From a virus, in the IMG/VR virus record IMGVR_UViG_2930936637_000001, positions 1,735 to 65,734 of that record: DNA of 64,000 bases; one strand, 5' to 3'. The notes under the pieces were generated by a model that was not told the origin of the DNA, ran no database searches, and saw nothing but the letters and a program-made list of their open reading frames with translations. Made by a program: the position numbers and the translations under genes. This document shows, in pieces, positions 51,163-62,471 of this stretch. Position 1 is the first letter of the stretch; every line of letters begins with the position of its first letter.

Positions 51163-52215
51163 TCATTTGACAAAACTATTGATTTGTTTGTTCCCACTGA
51201 TATACATACCGTTTGCCAGACAGATTCGTGACGTATCCCCATATTCCACAACCTCCGTCACATCAAACTCAGTCCCAGCTGGTTGCCAGTCCACAACATG
51301 CTTGAGGGCTTTGTCCTTGTAACGATGAGTACCGCGAACAGACTTCACTCGTTTGACGCCGCCATCAACGGAATAATATAAGCGATTAACGTTGGCTTGG
51401 TTAGACGTGATGTAATAACCGTTGGCCAACTGGAATCGGGTAATTTTACCGTAGTTAATCACTTTGGCAATCGCAAATACGGTGCCAGCCGGGAAGTTGT
51501 CCACTTTGTGTTTAAAGGCAATGTCCTTGTAACGATTAATCGGGGTTCGGGCATAGATCATTTTGGGATTGTATCGGTAATAGATGGCCTTCTTCGGCTT
51601 AGCTGCCTTAGTTGCGGTGCCATAGTATAAGTTTGAGTACATTTGGGATACATCAAATGTCCCATAGCAACCTGGGAAGTGCATGCTTGATGTCCACTGC
51701 CAGCCATTATATCCGGTATAGAGCTTGAAGCCTGACGGGTTATAAGGATAGTTAGCCACCCAACCGCCCCGACCAGTTGTATTCAAAGGCACTGAATTAA
51801 TCCAACTGCCCATCGTATAGACGTCCGTCTTAGGATAGCCCATGCGATGAACTTCGTTGATCCAAGCCTTAACAATTTTGGAGTTCTGATTCCAACCTGA
51901 GTTGGTGGCTTCAAAATCAAGTACGATCACGCTGTTTTTACCTAATCCTGCCTTAAGTGCACTCCGGGCTGCCATCTGGGCTTCGGCCTTAGCTCCAGCC
52001 ACTGTTGTAAATCGGGCAAAATGATAGCCGTTGACGTGTAAGCCAGCAGATACCGCGTTACGAATGCTCGGCTTGGCCGTTTGGTCAGTGAAGTACGTGC
52101 CCTCGGATAGCTTAGCTATCATGGCTTTGACGCCATACTTTTTCATCGAACGCCAATTGGCAACGGTCATGATCCCATTGTTATTAGAAGTATCCACAAC
52201 ATCATAATGTGGCAT
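51163..52215 (-). CDS. Copy of GH25 endolysin
   Basis: Identical translation. Confidence 0.9.
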   Translation of the reverse strand: MPHYDVVDTSNNNGIMTVANWRSMKKYGVKAMIAKLSEGTYFTDQTAKPSIRNAVSAGLHVNGYHFARFTTVAGAKAEAQMAARSALKAGLGKNSVIVLDFEATNSGWNQNSKIVKAWINEVHRMGYPKTDVYTMGSWINSVPLNTTGRGGWVANYPYNPSGFKLYTGYNGWQWTSSMHFPGCYGTFDVSQMYSNLYYGTATKAAKPKKAIYYRYNPKMIYARTPINRYKDIAFKHKVDNFPAGTVFAIAKVINYGKITRFQLANGYYITSNQANVNRLYYSVDGGVKRVKSVRGTHRYKDKALKHVVDWQPAGTEFDVTEVVEYGDTSRICLANGMYISGNKQINSFVK

Positions 52216-52733
52216 TACTTTGCATCTCCCTCCGTAGTAGCCGTCTTTTCAGGCACATCTAAGGGTGCTGGGTCAGCGGTCACTGTCGCAGCTTGCTTGT
52301 CCAGTTGTGCTTGCTTATCAGCGAACGCTTGCTCTGTGTCCGCCAGAGCGACATTGTATTCAGCCTGTTTTGCTTGGGCTTTCGTATCTGTTGTCGTCAT
52401 AGACTGATATGCTTTTTCGATGGCTGCTGAAATAATTGCCGGTGCCAGACTGTCATGACCAAATACTTTCATTTGGCCTGTTACATCAGCAATCGCCTGC
52501 TCACGCTTTTCTTCCCCTGGCATTTCATAATTAACGGCCGCCTTGTTGACAGCATTGAAAGCCAATGTGTCTAGCAGGCTTAGAACTTCACGTTGGGTAG
52601 CGGACTTGTTCGCCGCAATCTTGGTCTTCAAGGCTGGATTGATCCGGGTAAACCAGCCAACCAGGGCAAAAATTAAGACACCTAAGATACCGGTGTCGTT
52701 GAGTAATTTAATAATCTTCGTAAATTCAGTCAT
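52215..52733 (-). CDS. Copy of holin
   Basis: Identical translation. Confidence 0.8.
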   Translation of the reverse strand: MTEFTKIIKLLNDTGILGVLIFALVGWFTRINPALKTKIAANKSATQREVLSLLDTLAFNAVNKAAVNYEMPGEEKREQAIADVTGQMKVFGHDSLAPAIISAAIEKAYQSMTTTDTKAQAKQAEYNVALADTEQAFADKQAQLDKQAATVTADPAPLDVPEKTATTEGDAK

Positions 52734-52744
52734 GCTTTTTCCTC

Positions 52745-53107
52745 CTAAAGTTCGCCATACCGTTCCCGGTACGCTTGATTCTCACGTTCTAAAGCGGCAT
52801 TGCGTTTTCGTAAAGCTTCATTCTCGCTAACCTTCAGGGCAATTTGCTGGTTAAGTTCTTGTTCCATCGCATCTTTCTTAGCTTTTAATTCGTTCAGATC
52901 TTTTGCAAATTGTGCTTGATCACTCTCGCGTTCTTTACGAAGCAATTCGTTATCGGCTTTGACTTGTTCCATAATGTACTTCTCTATGCCCTGACGATCA
53001 CGATCAGCCTGCCGTGTATCAGAGTGGTAGCCATGAATAACAGCCCATATAGTAGTTACGAACGTTCCCAATGCGCCTAAAGCAACTGCCCAGGACTTAA
53101 TATCCAT
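52745..53107 (-). CDS. Copy of 6798..7160
   Basis: Identical translation. Confidence 0.7.
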   Translation of the reverse strand: MDIKSWAVALGALGTFVTTIWAVIHGYHSDTRQADRDRQGIEKYIMEQVKADNELLRKERESDQAQFAKDLNELKAKKDAMEQELNQQIALKVSENEALRKRNAALERENQAYRERYGEL

Positions 53108-53528
53108 GTGTGTCCCCCCTAATCAACGTACCGACTAGTAAGAACAGCATGAGCAAAGCAAATACCCACGTAAGGTTAAACCGCACATCAAACAAGCCCC
53201 GAACAATAAAAGCCACTGATAAGGCCCCCAATGCCGGTGATAGTGCAACTAAGCCACCATCGCGAAACAACCGTCGGTTGTGAAAGACGCCAACCAGAAT
53301 AGCGATGCCGCAGATAATTAACCACAATGAAAACCACCAGTCATCAGCAAAGGCAAAGATTGCATGTTCAGCTGGTGAAGGTGGTGGCGGTGGTGTTACT
53401 CGTGGATCATCTAAATAACCTTGATGAAACCAAATATAAAAACCGCCTATCATTGAAAACAGGCCAAAACAAAAATGATTCCAATGCGAAAAGGCCCGTT
53501 GAACCGGGCCATCTTTAATACGATGCAT
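53097..53528 (-). CDS. Copy of 7150..7581
   Basis: Identical translation. Confidence 0.7.
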   Translation of the reverse strand: MHRIKDGPVQRAFSHWNHFCFGLFSMIGGFYIWFHQGYLDDPRVTPPPPPSPAEHAIFAFADDWWFSLWLIICGIAILVGVFHNRRLFRDGGLVALSPALGALSVAFIVRGLFDVRFNLTWVFALLMLFLLVGTLIRGDTHGY

Positions 53529-53553
53529 GCTTACGCCTCCAAAATAAAAGCAC

Positions 53554-53721
53554 CTAGGCGGTTGTGGTATCCGTCGTCGGTGCTGTGTAGTCCTTACCTG
53601 TAAGTTCTTTGTACTGCTCCGGTGTGATACACCAATTGACCATATAGCCAATGTCTAAGCCCCATGAAGCATACAATGTAGCATCGTTAATATTAGGTGA
53701 TGAAAATGGATTGTTTCCCAT
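53554..53721 (-). CDS. Copy of XkdX-family gene
   Basis: Same sequence at +45,947. Confidence 0.75.
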   Translation of the reverse strand: MGNNPFSSPNINDATLYASWGLDIGYMVNWCITPEQYKELTGKDYTAPTTDTTTA

Positions 53722-53732
53722 AATAGTTTCTC

Positions 53733-54161
53733 CTATTCTGCCTTAGCTGTGATTTGTTTTTGAACAGCTACAATTTGCTGTGACAGGCTGACGAATTGCT
53801 TTTGAAATTGATCTTGCGTAGTAACAAATTGCTGCTGGGCTTCTACTTGAGCCTTTGTGGCACTTCCCAATGCTGTTTGCAAGCCTTCGATGGTTTTGGC
53901 CTGCTTTTCGGCTTGCTCACCCTGCTGGTCAATCAATCCTTGTAAGTAGTCAATATCCAAATTGGGTAAGTTACCCGGAGCTGTGACTTCTTGCGAATCA
54001 TTACTCTTGAATGCGTACATCCACCAGTAGCGAGTGAAGTATTGAATCGAGGTGGTCGGGATATTCACCGCCCGTAGGCCGTCCGTCTGTTCAAGTACGG
54101 GCGTAGTGTCCTTATCCGGAAATTGGTTGTCTGCATCTGGTTTTACGTAATAAATTGGCAT
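53733..54161 (-). CDS. Copy of 7786..8214
   Basis: Identical translation. Confidence 0.65.
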   Translation of the reverse strand: MPIYYVKPDADNQFPDKDTTPVLEQTDGLRAVNIPTTSIQYFTRYWWMYAFKSNDSQEVTAPGNLPNLDIDYLQGLIDQQGEQAEKQAKTIEGLQTALGSATKAQVEAQQQFVTTQDQFQKQFVSLSQQIVAVQKQITAKAE

Positions 54162-54179
54162 CTTTGTTCCTCCTTATTT

Positions 54180-54761
54180 TCAGTATGCTTCAATTTTTAA
54201 AATTGGGGAGAATTCACCAATTTGACTATTATACGTAGTGGTCCATGCGCTCCACAAATTTTCGGGAGATTCATACGAAAACACATTTGAGCTTAAATCA
54301 AACAAAATTTTTCCATCAATATTTTGGCTTGCAGTATTTCCTATTCTTCCAAAGATGTCTTTTGAGGTTAGAACGATGAAATTATTGTTTAATTGGCTGA
54401 TAGGATATAGTTGATCAGTTGTGTGGTCGATTTCAGTAAAAGCGTCGGTGATAGACTCGTTATATCCGGGAACACCACCGTGGTAGACATCTCCATAAGT
54501 TACTTTTATTCCATTTTTTAGCCTTTCTAATGGCTTGCCTAACTTATATTCCTGAGGATCAGAAAATTTTAATTTTTCCCAGTCTGATTTACTACTGCCA
54601 TCATAAAGAATTGTACCAGCTGATAGAAAGCTAGAATAGATTTTTTTTGCATTTCCTTGACCATCAGCATAGTACATGCCACCTATTTTCTTACTATGTC
54701 CATTGCCATCAGCTATATACATGCCACCAACTTTATTACCGTCTTTAGTATATAGACCCAT
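54180..54761 (-). CDS. Copy of putative receptor-binding protein
   Basis: Identical translation. Confidence 0.55.
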   Translation of the reverse strand: MGLYTKDGNKVGGMYIADGNGHSKKIGGMYYADGQGNAKKIYSSFLSAGTILYDGSSKSDWEKLKFSDPQEYKLGKPLERLKNGIKVTYGDVYHGGVPGYNESITDAFTEIDHTTDQLYPISQLNNNFIVLTSKDIFGRIGNTASQNIDGKILFDLSSNVFSYESPENLWSAWTTTYNSQIGEFSPILKIEAY

Positions 54762-54762
54762 G

Positions 54763-55789
54763 TTAATCCTCCTCATACCAATATATTCCAGAAACGGTAG
54801 ATGCTTTTGCCGCTGCCAATGCTGCCTCGTCACTAGCGTTAGCATGATAAAAGTTATTCAAATCGTCGCTGGTAGCGACTGATTTACCCCCGTTCACAGT
54901 AAGCTTGGCAAAATCAACAGGTTTAGAAACAACCCCAGTGTCAGGGTTGCGGTCAACCACGTTAGCCGCGTTAGCGGGCGTATAGTCTAGCTTATCCTGC
55001 TTAGCATTAACCTCATCAATGCTGGCAACTTGATTGGCTGGCTTACGCATATCCGCCGTGTGCACGACCGTACTATCATCAGCTTTGCCACTAGTCTTCG
55101 TGTCTGCGTATTCCTTGGCCGACTTGAGTGTCATGGCGTCGCCATCAGCGACATTTTTGGTGGTCGCGATGGCATTACCAGCACCGTCTACCGCACCCTT
55201 TTCAAGGGTAACCGACTCTTTGAAGTCTGCTGGCTTGCTACCGTCGATGACGGTGGCAGGAATATTAGCCTTGATATCATCAATAGTTGCAATGTGTTTT
55301 GATGCAAAGATTGCATCAAGGTCGGCTTCATTAAGTGAACCAGCCTGACTGACAGTAATCAAAACATTATCGGCATCACTAACCGTTGTATCAGTCTGGA
55401 ATGAATCATTTTAAGTTGGACTTACCGTCATATGCAGCGATGTAGTCCGGTAAAGAACTTGGTAATACTCCATACAGAATTTCATCCCCGTTTTCTGGTC
55501 GTGCATAAAACCCGACTGTATAGAGACTGTATGCCATCGTCACATCTTTAGACGGAAAGTCCACCCGCATAGTCAAGGTAGTGTCATCCTTCTTAATAAT
55601 TCGTGAGTAGTTGACTGTCTGCTGCACATCTTCAAGTGACGTGAGCTTTTTTAAATCGTTGACCGGAGTAGCTGAGTAATCATGGCTTGAGGCCACTGCT
55701 CGGGTGAACTGGATTTTATCCAAGCCCCCAAGTGTGCCCGTTGCCAGTGATCGACCAGCTTCGGTCAAATAGGTAGTATCAAATTGCAC
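54763..55789 (-). pseudogene. Tail fibre copy split by +1 T near 55410
   Basis: AATCATTTTAAG versus AATCATTTAAG in copy 1. Confidence 0.75.
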
Positions 55790-55791
55790 TT

Positions 55792-56511
55792 TTATCCCTC
55801 CTTAGAGACTTGGTGAAGCCGCTGTCGCTGAGTGACTGTGGCCATGGTCGTATTATCATCCGTAGTGTGTGCGCGGTCTCTCATGCTATCCATAACAGCA
55901 AAGTGAGAACGCTCCTTTTTAGTGGCTGTGGCCACGTATAGTGTCTGGGTAGCGACAGCTTGAAAGTCAACGCTGACAATTTTTACTTCTGGCATAACAG
56001 CTGACTCTAGTGCCTTAACCAGAAGGTTCTTCTTGCGAGCAGACTTACTATAACGGTTTGGAATATTAGTAAATCTAACTGCTTCCGGATCACCGCCTAG
56101 TTGATCTGGATCAGTGATTACATCGAATTCAGTTGGATCAGCTTGCAAAATAAAAGCAATCAAGTTGATAATGTCATTTTCCGTAACTCCAATTCGGTTA
56201 AGCATCTTAGCTAGTCGAATCTGGAAGCGGAGAAAATCATCATCGTTATCAATTCGACTAATACCCCAATCAGCTGCGATGTCATCTAGTGCACCACCAC
56301 GTGCATTTTCGAGCTGTCGCCATTCATATATTTTCCGAAAAACATCAATTTCTGCAATGATGTCATCTGCCAAAGCGTTGAGCAATGCTTGGTTATTACT
56401 ATCGGGATTTTTGATTTTTTTCTCGCTGGCATGCAGTGATTATCATTTGACGAATGGTATCATCGTCCAAACCCATATCTGTCCAAAAGTTCTCCAACTG
56501 GTCTCAGCCAT
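55792..56511 (-). pseudogene. Baseplate wedge copy with 5' homopolymer indels
   Basis: Four indels at about 56408-56490 relative to copy 1. Confidence 0.7.
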
Positions 56512-57007
56512 TAATGACCACCTCGATATCATCGGCCGTGATGTAGGCTAGCGAGTACCCGTCAACTTTTACATTGCCAAGCGTTAAATTGGTTTTATCA
56601 GTGCCAACAAGTAAATCAATGCTGCTGATCCCATCGACTTGCCACAAATACTCAAAAAGCTTTGAGTAGAGTAAGGTATCACCCATATTAAGTGTCCGGT
56701 CGTATTCGATGACCTTATTTTTAATTCAGTCACACCGTTGTCCGTGTCAAAACTATCAGTCGTTTCAATGGCAACTTTCACGTAAACCGTTTGCTGCTTG
56801 GCACGGGAAAAGTAAATGGTTCGTTCTTGACCAGAGTTATTAATAACAGTTTGTGCAACCTCCCCAAACGTATGACCCGGCAACCCGATTGAATTAAAAA
56901 TGGCGTTAGCAACGTTCTCGTCACTACCGCCAATTACATATACATGGGTTGTTTTAGGCGGATTGCCATCAGCATCCGCCGTCATTTCGTTGTTAGCTTG
57001 TACTTTG
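56504..57007 (-). pseudogene. 3' third of baseplate J, truncated by the deletion junction
   Basis: Matches 10556-11060; extra -1 T near 56720. Confidence 0.8.
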
Positions 57008-57048
57008 GTGGCCGCGCTGCTGGTACTGGTTCACCATATACAACTAAC

Positions 57049-57758
57049 TCAATCACCAGCGACACCTGCCAATGGTAATTCTGTCTGCTGAATCAACATC
57101 TTGGTAGCAGTGCTTGGCCGCCAATCGTCGATGTACTTCATAGCTTTGTCGAAGTCCTTGGCCTTAATCTGGATTCGCGCACGGACGCCACAAACTTGAT
57201 TTAGCCCACCGTTGATATCTTTATAGAGTGCCGACCGTTGTTCCTTGGTCAACTGCAGGTGACGGTCACGAACGTAGAAATTGACTGCCCTAGATACGCC
57301 ACGGCTGACTGTCGTATAGTCACCAGTCTCTAGTCGGCGGTTCTCCTCGAAGTCGTCCATGCGTTCCTCAACGTGGTCTAGCCGATGATTGGCGCGGCTC
57401 CCAGTCTCAATCAACAAGTCAATTTTCTGTTCTGGCGTCATGACCAGTTCGGCTTGCTGAGCTCGCTTCTCCATCGAGATAAAGTACTCGCGGCTTGCTT
57501 GCCCTTTGGTGTTCTCTGAATCATTGACACTTCTTTCGCCATGTCTAAAGCCATTGCATATTCAATGCGAGGCCGACCACCGCGGCTTTTCCCCGAAAGT
57601 GGGGAAAAGTCCTTTCCTTCGACAAACCCGTAATCAGTCATGTCTTTAAACCAAGTTGAGAAGTCTTTTCCAACCTCCAAAAGTCATGCAATCCTCGAGC
57701 GTCAACTGCAACGCTATCACTATCGTTGCCCATAATTAATTCTTGTAAATTTTTCATG
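57049..57758 (-). pseudogene. Antirepressor copy (shared frameshift plus -1 G near 57491)
   Basis: Split into 57049..57474 and 57438..57680 ORFs. Confidence 0.75.
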
Positions 57759-58695
57759 TTGTAGCCTCCTGCCTTGACTCTCCATTCTGCTGTAATCGCG
57801 CTATCCGCATGTTGATTTTTTCCTGTTGTTCAGGCGTTAGTTCCGTTCGGGTAGCCGTTGGAGTGGTTCCCGATTGCGCCCAGTCTGGCAAGGTTCTTTG
57901 GTGGTTGTCTTCTGCCCCTGACGAAGTGGATCAGGCGTCATATCCAATGTGTCAGTCCACCTGTGCTCGGCAATCCAGTTATCAGGATTCTTGGTATACT
58001 GCTCAGTCCGTTTTTTAATTTTGCAGTATTCTGCATACTTCTTGGCACCAGTTTCAATGTCATCGGGACTAAATCCGTTGTCAATGGCAATCTTAAACTC
58101 ATCGAATGCCTTATCGAATCCTTGTTTTTTTTGGATAGGTTAGCCAAAATCCAAGATTGAATCTTTCTCGAAGCTGGTCATCAGTCACCTTGGGCTTAGT
58201 ATTATCTGATTTACTATTATTTCCTTTAGTATCATTTAATATACTTTGTGTACTCTCAACGTTGGAAACGGGGTTATCGGTGTTGGTTACTTGGTTTCCA
58301 ACGTTGGAAACCCGCAATAAACTAAATTTTGGTTCGATATGATGATTTTTCTTCTGGCGTGCCGCCTGCTCATATCTAGCCTGAATACCATGGGAAGTTA
58401 AAATGTGATATTTTTCAAACATGCCATTATCGAAAAATCCAACTTCTGTGGCCCGTTTTACCAGCTCATCTACCGCACTTTCCTTGGTACCGACTTCGTC
58501 AGCCACCAAGAAGCACATATCTGAATCCCACACGGCGTAATACCCTTCATCACGATAAATATTACCAGCAGGCTCAGCAAGATGGACCCTGTAGCGATTC
58601 CACAAGAACGCATGATTTTTTCGAATCTTGATATCTCTGAGAAAATCAACATCTATTGAATAGTAATCAATTCCTTTTTTTATTGGACGTGCCAT
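57755..58695 (-). pseudogene. Replication initiator copy with three indels
   Basis: Indels near 57894, 58128 and 58566 relative to copy 1. Confidence 0.75.
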
Positions 58696-58723
58696 TTACG
58701 CACCTCCTAACTTGCCTATATGA

Positions 58724-59677
58724 TTATTTTTTATCACCATCAATGGCATCGTAAATATCCTTTTGCTGTTGCTCTGTTAGGCTGGAATTACTTTTGCTTG
58801 ATTGCACTGTTTTGGCTTTGGATGAACTATCAGACGATTTGTTTGCGTCTGCCGCCGCATTATCACTATCAGAGTTAGTTGCGTCATCAGTGATGTCCAA
58901 CCGATCTTCCACCAGCTGGTCATTATCATCCAACGTTTGAGCCTTCTCATCTTTACTGACAGCGTTTTGCATTTCAATGGACAAGATTCCCCAGCGGCCT
59001 AACATACTTCTTAGCACTGTTTTAGTTGCCATAGCATCGTAGTTATCACGCCATACACCAGTTAGTGCTCGTTTGTCCTTAGCTTTGTTATTGGCTACCC
59101 GATGTGCCTCTACTTGGTCACGAGTCCAATAAACGGTTTTAGTAAATCCATTTAGAAGTTCAAAATAGCCTGCATATCCTACAGCCTTATCCGAAGTGGC
59201 TTTGGTGAAATCATACTTTAGTTCCTCAGCCAACGGGTTCCATGAAATGAATGCCCCCTCAGGAATCGGGGCCACATTTAACTTACGATACTGCCCCGAT
59301 CGTTGTGCCAATTGAATGTAGCCTTTGTAACCAATGATTAATTGAGCTTTTTTCTCCCATCGATCGGTTTCTTTGTTCATGCTGTTAAATGGAACGATGT
59401 AGGCATAGCCAAGGTTGGGATCAATCGGCAAATCCAAAGTTGCTGCAACCATCGCGCTAGTCATAATGGACATTGGCTGAGCATCCGCTAGATAGCCATT
59501 CGTGTTAACAACATTTAGAACAGAACTAACGAATCCTGATGATTTTTCCTTCAATACATTTTGGAATTTAGCTTGAATTGTTGGTGATTCAAGTAGAACT
59601 TTGATTGACGCATTTTTAGCGCTGACCTTTTGCGGTTGCGTATTTAACGCTTGGTTTAAAGTGTTATTAGTAGCCAT
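58724..59677 (-). CDS. recT: Copy of RecT
   Basis: Identical translation. Confidence 0.9.
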   Translation of the reverse strand: MATNNTLNQALNTQPQKVSAKNASIKVLLESPTIQAKFQNVLKEKSSGFVSSVLNVVNTNGYLADAQPMSIMTSAMVAATLDLPIDPNLGYAYIVPFNSMNKETDRWEKKAQLIIGYKGYIQLAQRSGQYRKLNVAPIPEGAFISWNPLAEELKYDFTKATSDKAVGYAGYFELLNGFTKTVYWTRDQVEAHRVANNKAKDKRALTGVWRDNYDAMATKTVLRSMLGRWGILSIEMQNAVSKDEKAQTLDDNDQLVEDRLDITDDATNSDSDNAAADANKSSDSSSKAKTVQSSKSNSSLTEQQQKDIYDAIDGDKK

Positions 59678-59679
59678 CT

Positions 59680-60567
59680 TTACCTCTCCTTAATCCGTAG
59701 TACGCGATTGCCTTTTTTGGTAAGTCGATTAGTAACGACGAAATGTTCTGACGTGCCAACCTCAGTAGTTAGCATTGCCGCGCGAACCTTGTTTTCAGTT
59801 GTTTTGATATCATTGTTGTAAGTCTTGAGCCCCTCTTTGAGGTGTTCACGCTCAACCAGTAATTTATCCAAGTCATCATCTAAGATGATTGGCTGTCCTT
59901 CGGTCTTATGATGCAACTGCTTTAGAACATTGGTCGTTGAGTCGGACCCATCAACTTCCGGCGGAATGCCTTGGATAATGTGCTTATCCCACCAATCAAC
60001 AATTTGCCGACGCATGGTAGCAATTAATTCATCATCTCTGTCTACCCGTTTAGTAATGAAGTGGTGTCCGCCGATTAGGGTTGCGAAGTAGCAGTAAGGA
60101 CGATCAAGAACCATCATATAGTGTTGAACCTGTAGCAAGTATGCTGGTGGAATCTCATCATCGACCCATTCTGAGGACTTAAATTCCATAGCTGTTTTGA
60201 TTTCAAGGAAACCAGGCTCGCCAACGATATCCCGGTCGATGTCTGCCCGTAAAAAGTCATACTCAGGATCAACGAATGTTTTGTTTTGACGATGGACCTT
60301 CTTACCAGTTTGTCGCTGAAACTCTTGAGCAATGATGGGCTCCATAATATTTCCCCAATGGGTAAATTCATTACCACTATCATCAATTGGCAATTGGCCT
60401 GTTTTGTCGGCCCACACTTCGAACGGTGAACGCCAACTATTGAAGCCCAAAATAGCAGACACATCTGAACCGCCAATTCCCTTACGGCGATGCTCTAGCC
60501 ACTGATAGCGGTTCATCTTGTAGGTCATCTCGACCTTTGGACGTAAACGCTCTTTAACTTCATCCAT
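59680..60567 (-). CDS. Copy of YqaJ exonuclease
   Basis: Identical translation. Confidence 0.9.
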   Translation of the reverse strand: MDEVKERLRPKVEMTYKMNRYQWLEHRRKGIGGSDVSAILGFNSWRSPFEVWADKTGQLPIDDSGNEFTHWGNIMEPIIAQEFQRQTGKKVHRQNKTFVDPEYDFLRADIDRDIVGEPGFLEIKTAMEFKSSEWVDDEIPPAYLLQVQHYMMVLDRPYCYFATLIGGHHFITKRVDRDDELIATMRRQIVDWWDKHIIQGIPPEVDGSDSTTNVLKQLHHKTEGQPIILDDDLDKLLVEREHLKEGLKTYNNDIKTTENKVRAAMLTTEVGTSEHFVVTNRLTKKGNRVLRIKER

Positions 60568-60890
60568 TATTTCTCCTCCTCAAACTTGTTACGGCCAAGA
60601 TAGGTGACTAGTCGCACCTCTGGGCAGTACCCATAAAGTGCCAGTACAGCACTCTGATAGCTGTCGTGACCGCCATCCTTGAAGTTTTCAAGGTAGTTAT
60701 CAACGTCAATCAAGTCATTGTAGATATATGTTGGTTGTTCTTTGTCTTCAACGACCCAGTAGCGGCTATTGATCAGTAATGGCTCGCCGTTGGTATCTAA
60801 CACTTCGGGAGCGACCGTGCTTGCATCGTCCTGGTGCCGGTACAACTGAGTATAAGAGGCTGTCATGCCACCTAATGCCATTGCAACCAC
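60567..60890 (-). CDS. Copy of 43309..43632
   Basis: Identical translation. Confidence 0.6.
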   Translation of the reverse strand: MVAMALGGMTASYTQLYRHQDDASTVAPEVLDTNGEPLLINSRYWVVEDKEQPTYIYNDLIDVDNYLENFKDGGHDSYQSAVLALYGYCPEVRLVTYLGRNKFEEEK

Positions 60891-60990
60891 CGCCCGTCTG
60901 AGGTAGAATTGATATTGAAAAAGTATGATAAATGTAATTTATCTTCGAGTTCTGAGCTGCCACTCAGAGCTCTTTTTTTATGCCATAAGA

Positions 60991-61188
60991 TCATTGTTTA
61001 ATTACCTCCAGTCCTTTGATACTTCGTTCAATCGTCTCTTTGTTTTGCGTTGTGATAGTCACAATTGGGCTGCCAGTATTACGGTCATTGTGAATGTTGA
61101 TCACTCGACCAACGCCTGCTGACTCTATCGTGTCACCGATAAACACGTAGGCTCCATATCTGACGATGTCACCAACATTAATTCTCAT
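60991..61188 (-). CDS. Copy of 43733..43930
   Basis: Identical translation. Confidence 0.55.
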   Translation of the reverse strand: MRINVGDIVRYGAYVFIGDTIESAGVGRVINIHNDRNTGSPIVTITTQNKETIERSIKGLEVIKQ

Positions 61189-61353
61189 GTTGATTCCCCA
61201 ATCCGAAGAAATCTCTTATAGCTGGTCCCCAACCGCCTTGGTCGTGTACATATTCGGATAACTTAAATCCTGCCAACATAGCCAAGAAAATAAAGCCGAT
61301 CCAAGTGACACATTCACCAACATAGTAATAAAACAAGTCCATCTTTATCCCTC

Positions 61354-61617
61354 CTACACATTGCCAACTCGATATTTCAACATAAGTGCATCTAAGTCAT
61401 CCTTATTAACTACCGTGATTCCCCCTATCACCGTCGTAGGTACTAACCCAGCGTCTCTCCACTTTTTAAAAGTCTTTGCTGTAATGCTGACATAATCGGG
61501 CGCTTGTTCTAATCGCAGGTATTGTGGTTGAACTTTTGGTTTTCCAGTCAGCTTAATAATTAATTTCTTTAGTTCATCAAAGTCTTCTTTCGTGATGCCG
61601 TCATCCATTTTGACCAC
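61354..61617 (-). CDS. Copy of excisionase-like HTH
   Basis: Identical translation. Confidence 0.65.
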   Translation of the reverse strand: MVKMDDGITKEDFDELKKLIIKLTGKPKVQPQYLRLEQAPDYVSITAKTFKKWRDAGLVPTTVIGGITVVNKDDLDALMLKYRVGNV

Positions 61618-62144
61618 CCTCCTTTATGCTTGTTGGTTTCATGGACAATCTGTAGCATGTCCTGTTGGGACACATCTTCAAACTGACCATTAAAAAGTAG
61701 CTCCATACTGATCAGTTTGATTCGCTCGTAGCTGTATTGCTCAGCTTTCTTGCATTGATCATGAGTCCATTTTTCACGTGGCCGGTCTCGCATAAATGTT
61801 TTGACTTGCCGTCGCAGCTCTATAACCGCCGCACGTTGATCGTCGATGGCGTCTAGCGTGGCAAAAGGCGCATCCCTGAACTTAGGCGACCAATCTTCCG
61901 TATCGTACATTTGAATGGCTTCAAAGTAAGCCGCTGCCATCTGATTACTAAACCGGTAATCTCGTAAGTAAGTCGCATCCTTCACCGCATTAGCAGCCGT
62001 TGTATCTACTGTGTGACGATTATTAGCAATGCCTTGGGCCGTTTGTCCGGTATCTTCTGCCATAAGCTTGGCTGAAACGTTATTACGCTTCATGGCGCTA
62101 TCGAAAAATGTACGGATGTCACGAGATGTTTTTATCACATCCAT
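61569..62144 (-). CDS. Copy of 44311..44886
   Basis: Identical translation. Confidence 0.6.
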   Translation of the reverse strand: MDVIKTSRDIRTFFDSAMKRNNVSAKLMAEDTGQTAQGIANNRHTVDTTAANAVKDATYLRDYRFSNQMAAAYFEAIQMYDTEDWSPKFRDAPFATLDAIDDQRAAVIELRRQVKTFMRDRPREKWTHDQCKKAEQYSYERIKLISMELLFNGQFEDVSQQDMLQIVHETNKHKGGWSKWMTASRKKTLMN

Positions 62145-62204
62145 TACAACTGCCTCCTTGTGTTTCGACTGATGTACTACAAGTGCTTGTAGTACATAAT
62201 TTAA

Positions 62205-62399
62205 TTAGAATGAAAACTCTAAGTCTTCTTCATTCAAACCGACTTGTTGATTAAGAACCTTACCAGCGTCCTTAAACAGATGATTCAAACGCTTATCTTG
62301 CTCACCTGGTAAATCGTCAGCCGCAAGCATAGCTTTTAGCTGACTATCAGTCAGTCCTAACGTATCCTTGATAGTTTTGATCTTTTCCTGTCGCGTCAT
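62205..62399 (-). CDS. Copy of 44947..45141
   Basis: Identical translation. Confidence 0.6.
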   Translation of the reverse strand: MTRQEKIKTIKDTLGLTDSQLKAMLAADDLPGEQDKRLNHLFKDAGKVLNQQVGLNEEDLEFSF

Positions 62400-62471
62400 C
62401 TTGACACCTCCTTTAATCTGAAAATCCTCTTACCAGTAGTACAACAACGGCAATTCCTAGAAGACTGGCCA

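Noticed and set aside
57008-57065. Functional RusA-baseplate J fusion at the deletion junction
   Set aside because: The fusion is out of frame and stops after about 27 codons.
55406-58695. Programmed frameshifts or true pseudogenisation in copy 2
   Set aside because: All are homopolymer indels clustered around the junction and absent from copy 1; sequencing or consensus error is more likely.
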